60,361 nucleotides of DNA from Bdellovibrionales bacterium (GTDB lineage: Bacteria; Bdellovibrionota; Bdellovibrionia; Bdellovibrionales; UBA1609), in contig JBFWVI010000016.1 in NCBI GenBank assembly GCA_050246815.1, forward strand, positions 1 to 60,361, written 5' to 3'. Below are positions 58,001 through 60,361 of the stretch, piece after piece (the stretch's first letter is position 1; each line of letters opens with the position of its first letter). Under the pieces are notes generated by a model, which saw only the letters and a list, made by a program, of their open reading frames with translations, made no database searches and had not been told where the DNA came from. The position numbers and the translations under genes were made by a program.

Positions 58001-58513
58001 CAGATCACCGCGCCTAAAACCACAGTGAATTTAGTGGGATTGATCACGGGAATGCGTGAGATCATCACAAAAAAAGGAACTCGAATGGCGTTTGCTTTGC
58101 TGGAAGATCTAACCGGCCGAATCGAGCTAGTGATTTTTCCGAAGGCCTTTGCGGAGCTGGAAATGATTTTGAAGGCTGAAACCCCATTGCTGGTCACCGG
58201 CACCCTCGAACGTGAAGAGGGCAGTGGTAAAATTTTGGTGGACACAGTCAAGCGTGTGGATGACATGGTTAAGCGAACTAAAAAAATGACCTTGCGTCTA
58301 GAGCCTTCCATGAGCGCTCGTCTGAACGTGCTCAAAGATGTTTTTCAAAAGTACCCGGGCGACACCGCACTTTCTTTCTCGATCCGTTTAGATGAGATGG
58401 GCAGGACGGTGGATTTGGATTTGATTGAGCCCCGCGGGGTTAGTTTGAGCCCGGAATTTATGGAGTCCTTGTATAGCGTCTATGGCCGGGCCGACTTTGT
58501 TGAATTGGCCTAA
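55043..58513 (+). CDS. dnaE: DNA polymerase III alpha subunit
   Basis: FVHLHVHS PHP domain, GRGSGAGS, PDFDVDF, KFDFLGL, YGFNKSH, OB fold. No intein-sized insertion. Confidence 0.98.
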   Translation: MSFVHLHVHSQFSLLEATCQFKPMVKLASEYKMPAVALTDYGNMFGAIEFYFAAKDAGLNPIVGLEVYLAPKSRFVKGEDKDAVGQPNRRLVLLAQNLEGYKNLCRISTIGYQEGFYYRPRIDYEVLKAHSGHLLALTGGLMGEIPWTFQNKGPDEALIRLRNLKEIFDDRLYLEMNRTGVKAWDQINPFLAEASKITSVPLVVTNDVHYLRQEEQVGQEVLICIGSNKTLQDDTRFRLGSDQFYFKDPQQMQSLFKDHAEAVSRTLEVAGRCQLKFKLKDDQGRPIYHLPTYPTQQGVSLTDEMRRLSELGLQKRLKEAIERGEEVQDVERYQQRLNYELQVIDRMGFNGYFLIVADFIGWAKAHDIPVGPGRGSGAGSLVAFSLGITDLDPMPYNLVFERFLNPERISMPDFDVDFCQENRQRVIEYVTQKYGQQSVSQIITFGKLQARAAVRDVGRVMGLTYADVDVVAKLIPEKLGITLGEALETEPRMRELMDLDPKVANLMDLAQKIEGLNRHAGIHAAGVIIADGNIMDHAPLYRGTEGEVVVQYDMKHAEKIGLIKFDFLGLKTLTHVQDALRLVEQNRGKKFSTKDISLTDPGIYSVMCKGDTGGIFQFEGEGITDLIRKARPDCFEDIVAINALYRPGPMDMIPSYLERKHGEVAPDYDFPELEPILKETFGIVVYQEQVQLVAAKIANYSLGEADLLRRAMGKKDPVEMAKQKNRFLDGAKANGYDLKKAESLFDKMAEFAKYGFNKSHAAAYCVVAAYTAWLKNYYPVEFYAALLSTETSDTDKIVKYVKEAQSHKIEVRPPHVNYSDYKFSVNGDKIYFSLGAIKGVGEGAVQTIVTARESQADKKFKDLEHFFASIDLRKVNKKTIECLIKAGALDDFGHNRNELILGYPKLLESADRKRREDEVGQSSLFEALGTDEQSNQAALDKHPDWSRSQKLAMEKEVLGFFLSDHPLKGMETLTKAWSHLTIGGLDQITAPKTTVNLVGLITGMREIITKKGTRMAFALLEDLTGRIELVIFPKAFAELEMILKAETPLLVTGTLEREEGSGKILVDTVKRVDDMVKRTKKMTLRLEPSMSARLNVLKDVFQKYPGDTALSFSIRLDEMGRTVDLDLIEPRGVSLSPEFMESLYSVYGRADFVELA

Positions 58514-58609
58514 TAGCGGCCTTTGAATAACAAAATGGACGTAAAATGTCAGTCTTCAACGGGGGGGACGGCTGCCTTGATTTTAAGCTGTTTGAAGGCC
58601 GTTGCCGGA

Positions 58610-58624
58610 TGGCACATAACTTGA
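58610..58624 (+). promoter_or_regulatory. Sigma54-like promoter
   Basis: TGGCAC-ATAAC-TTGA: perfect -24 box, -12 box has A in place of C; 15 nt before ATG 58640. Confidence 0.5.
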
Positions 58625-58639
58625 TGATATCAAGCGCTT

Positions 58640-60325
58640 ATGCGCATCTGGCCCCTTCTTTTTTTAATCTTTTCAACATCCCTGTTTGCGGCTGAGCCCA
58701 CCGGCCAATTTGCCACAAAAAATCCATACACCATTTTAGGGGTAAAGCCCGACACCTTGTATGATGAGGTTAAGAAAATCTATCGTCGGATGGCGATGCA
58801 GCATCATCCTGAACGTTACGAGGGCTCAGACGCAGCTGGCAGGGCTGCAAGTGCAGAAAATTTTAAGCAGATTTCTTTAGCCTATGCGGCCTTGGAATCA
58901 GGCAATTTTGATGCGTTCATTTTCGCCGGATACACAGGGTGCCAGTTTAAATCCCCGCGAACGGCCGAAGAAGCCAAAAGAATCAATAAAGCAATAAAAG
59001 AAGGTCAAAATCGTGATTTTGCTGGGGTGAGTGGTTCATATGGGGACTTTGATAATTTTTTTAAAGCTTGGGCCGACAAATTTGGAGGAAAATTTCGTCA
59101 GGCCTATGAAGAGAAAAAGCAGAAAGAGGCAGAAGAGAAGCGTCAAACCTCAGGCCCTTTACAAAAACGCCATCGTTCATTTTTTGACCTCGAAATCGTT
59201 GCGGCCTACGGCAATGATCGAGGTCTGATTATTGAACTTCATGTCAGCAAGGATCTGCGCTTTTACTGGGTTCCAAAGGGATCAAAAAATGTTTATCCGC
59301 TCTTTTTTAGCTCTGGTTATGCCGGTTCGAATTATGGCGAAACTTTTCGTTTTAGGAATCTTGAAGCTCACTTATTCGACTCAGGAAGTCCCTGGGGCGT
59401 GGCACCTTTTCACCTTCGCGAAGGTCAACTTTTATCAGTTGGAGACACGGTTTTCAAAAGGCAGTATGAACATCAAACGAAGATGTTGGATGATTTTTTA
59501 GTGATGAACGAATTTTATCTGTATCCAGCGGCCTCGCCTTATGATCATGATGGGCTGTGGGACTATAGTGTCTACCGCGATGAACAGTGGGGCTATTCTA
59601 TTTTGGCTCGGGAATTTTCTTTAGACCCAAAGATTCTTCGACGATTGAAGGTGCGGTTTTTTGAGGGAAGCCATCCGGGTCAGATGCAAGAGCGCACGGT
59701 TGTTCGCTTGAGCAACGGGGGGTTACAACTGGCCGAGACGGGGCGGATTTTGTATGTCCCACAATCGCATAAGCCGAGGCCCATTTTTGACACTCACCTG
59801 GATGTTTTTATTGGCAATATGAATATGGGTGATGATCCTTTGAGAGTGTCTGATTCGAATGGTCAGAATCGAACCGAAATCAAAGCCCTGAGTTCCGAGG
59901 AGAAGGTGCGCTTTTCCGTACCACGATTTTTAGGCCAGTTTATTGATGCCCCAGTTCCGGTTCCCAGCCCAGTCCATCGGGTTTTGTTTAAGCAAGACCA
60001 GTTTCGTCAGCTTCTTATCACTTCAGATTGGACCGTTGTGCCAACATCAGATGGTCGGAGCGAGACTGAACAAAGGCGTGAAAGGGCGGTGCAGAAGTTT
60101 TACATAGAAAGTGAAGCGGCCGGATTAAACGAGGTTCTGAGAAAGTTTTTATTGCGTCCCTCATTCGAGGTTCATCATCAATTTGCGTTATCTTTGCTGC
60201 GTTCATTTAAAGAGAATGATGATCAATTTGTTAAGAGTGGAAGCGGCGGCGAGAGAAGGGGCCAATCCTGGCGGAAAGTCGGTCCCAGGGTCCAGCGAAA
60301 TGGCGGGATCTTAGGGGCCTGTTAA
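58640..60325 (+). CDS. Exported protein with N-terminal J (DnaJ) domain and uncharacterised C-terminal region
   Basis: Signal peptide ending LFA-A; NPY.ILGV......EVKK.YR..A...HPER...F..I..AY..L. Confidence 0.8.
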   Translation: MRIWPLLFLIFSTSLFAAEPTGQFATKNPYTILGVKPDTLYDEVKKIYRRMAMQHHPERYEGSDAAGRAASAENFKQISLAYAALESGNFDAFIFAGYTGCQFKSPRTAEEAKRINKAIKEGQNRDFAGVSGSYGDFDNFFKAWADKFGGKFRQAYEEKKQKEAEEKRQTSGPLQKRHRSFFDLEIVAAYGNDRGLIIELHVSKDLRFYWVPKGSKNVYPLFFSSGYAGSNYGETFRFRNLEAHLFDSGSPWGVAPFHLREGQLLSVGDTVFKRQYEHQTKMLDDFLVMNEFYLYPAASPYDHDGLWDYSVYRDEQWGYSILAREFSLDPKILRRLKVRFFEGSHPGQMQERTVVRLSNGGLQLAETGRILYVPQSHKPRPIFDTHLDVFIGNMNMGDDPLRVSDSNGQNRTEIKALSSEEKVRFSVPRFLGQFIDAPVPVPSPVHRVLFKQDQFRQLLITSDWTVVPTSDGRSETEQRRERAVQKFYIESEAAGLNEVLRKFLLRPSFEVHHQFALSLLRSFKENDDQFVKSGSGGERRGQSWRKVGPRVQRNGGILGAC

Positions 60326-60338
60326 TCCCAACCGATAT
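60312..60338 (+). promoter_or_regulatory. Possible sigma28 promoter for a gene starting at the window edge
   Basis: TAGG-N15-ACCGATAT, with ATG at 60347. Confidence 0.35.
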
Positions 60339-60361
60339 TATTATAGATGAAGGCTTGTGCT

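Noticed and set aside
55043..58513. Intein or split dnaE
   Set aside because: Normal length, contiguous motifs, no intein signatures.
58561..58567. G7 tract as a phase-variation switch
   Set aside because: Short, intergenic and outside the putative promoter boxes; a single sequence gives no evidence of length variation.

Overview
About 60 kb of gene-dense bacterial chromosome. It is most likely from a Bdellovibrionota (Bdellovibrionales-like) predator; this is inferred from gene content (TIGR02147 protein, FQNC-type lipoprotein, tandem GYF_2 protein, ChaN-like protein, Pif1 helicase, VKOR-DsbA fusion), not from a marker gene. The left edge is the end of an IS481-family element joined directly to a 5'-truncated kup gene, followed by tRNA-fMet. 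The housekeeping core is ffh-rpsP-khpA-rimM-trmD-SPOUT-rplS-rnhB-yraN, lptD, HU, argS, pyk, thiolase/scoAB, miaB, guaB, guaA and dnaE. Cyclic-nucleotide signalling genes (HD-GYP, CHASE2 cyclase, cNMP-binding protein) and many exported hypothetical proteins are interspersed. Best leads: (1) a translationally coupled pair of divergent, full-length paralogous exported helical proteins with a C-terminal membrane anchor (44110-47522); (2) an exported J-domain protein with HPE instead of HPD; (3) a TIGR02147-kelch lipoprotein module with repeated operator-like sites; (4) sigma54 and sigma28 promoter sets plus a recurring GTCTCA-N3-TGAGAC palindrome; (5) a possible +1 frameshift joining rnhB to yraN. 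No CRISPR array, rRNA or prophage was seen. All family calls come from motif recognition by eye; no searches were run.
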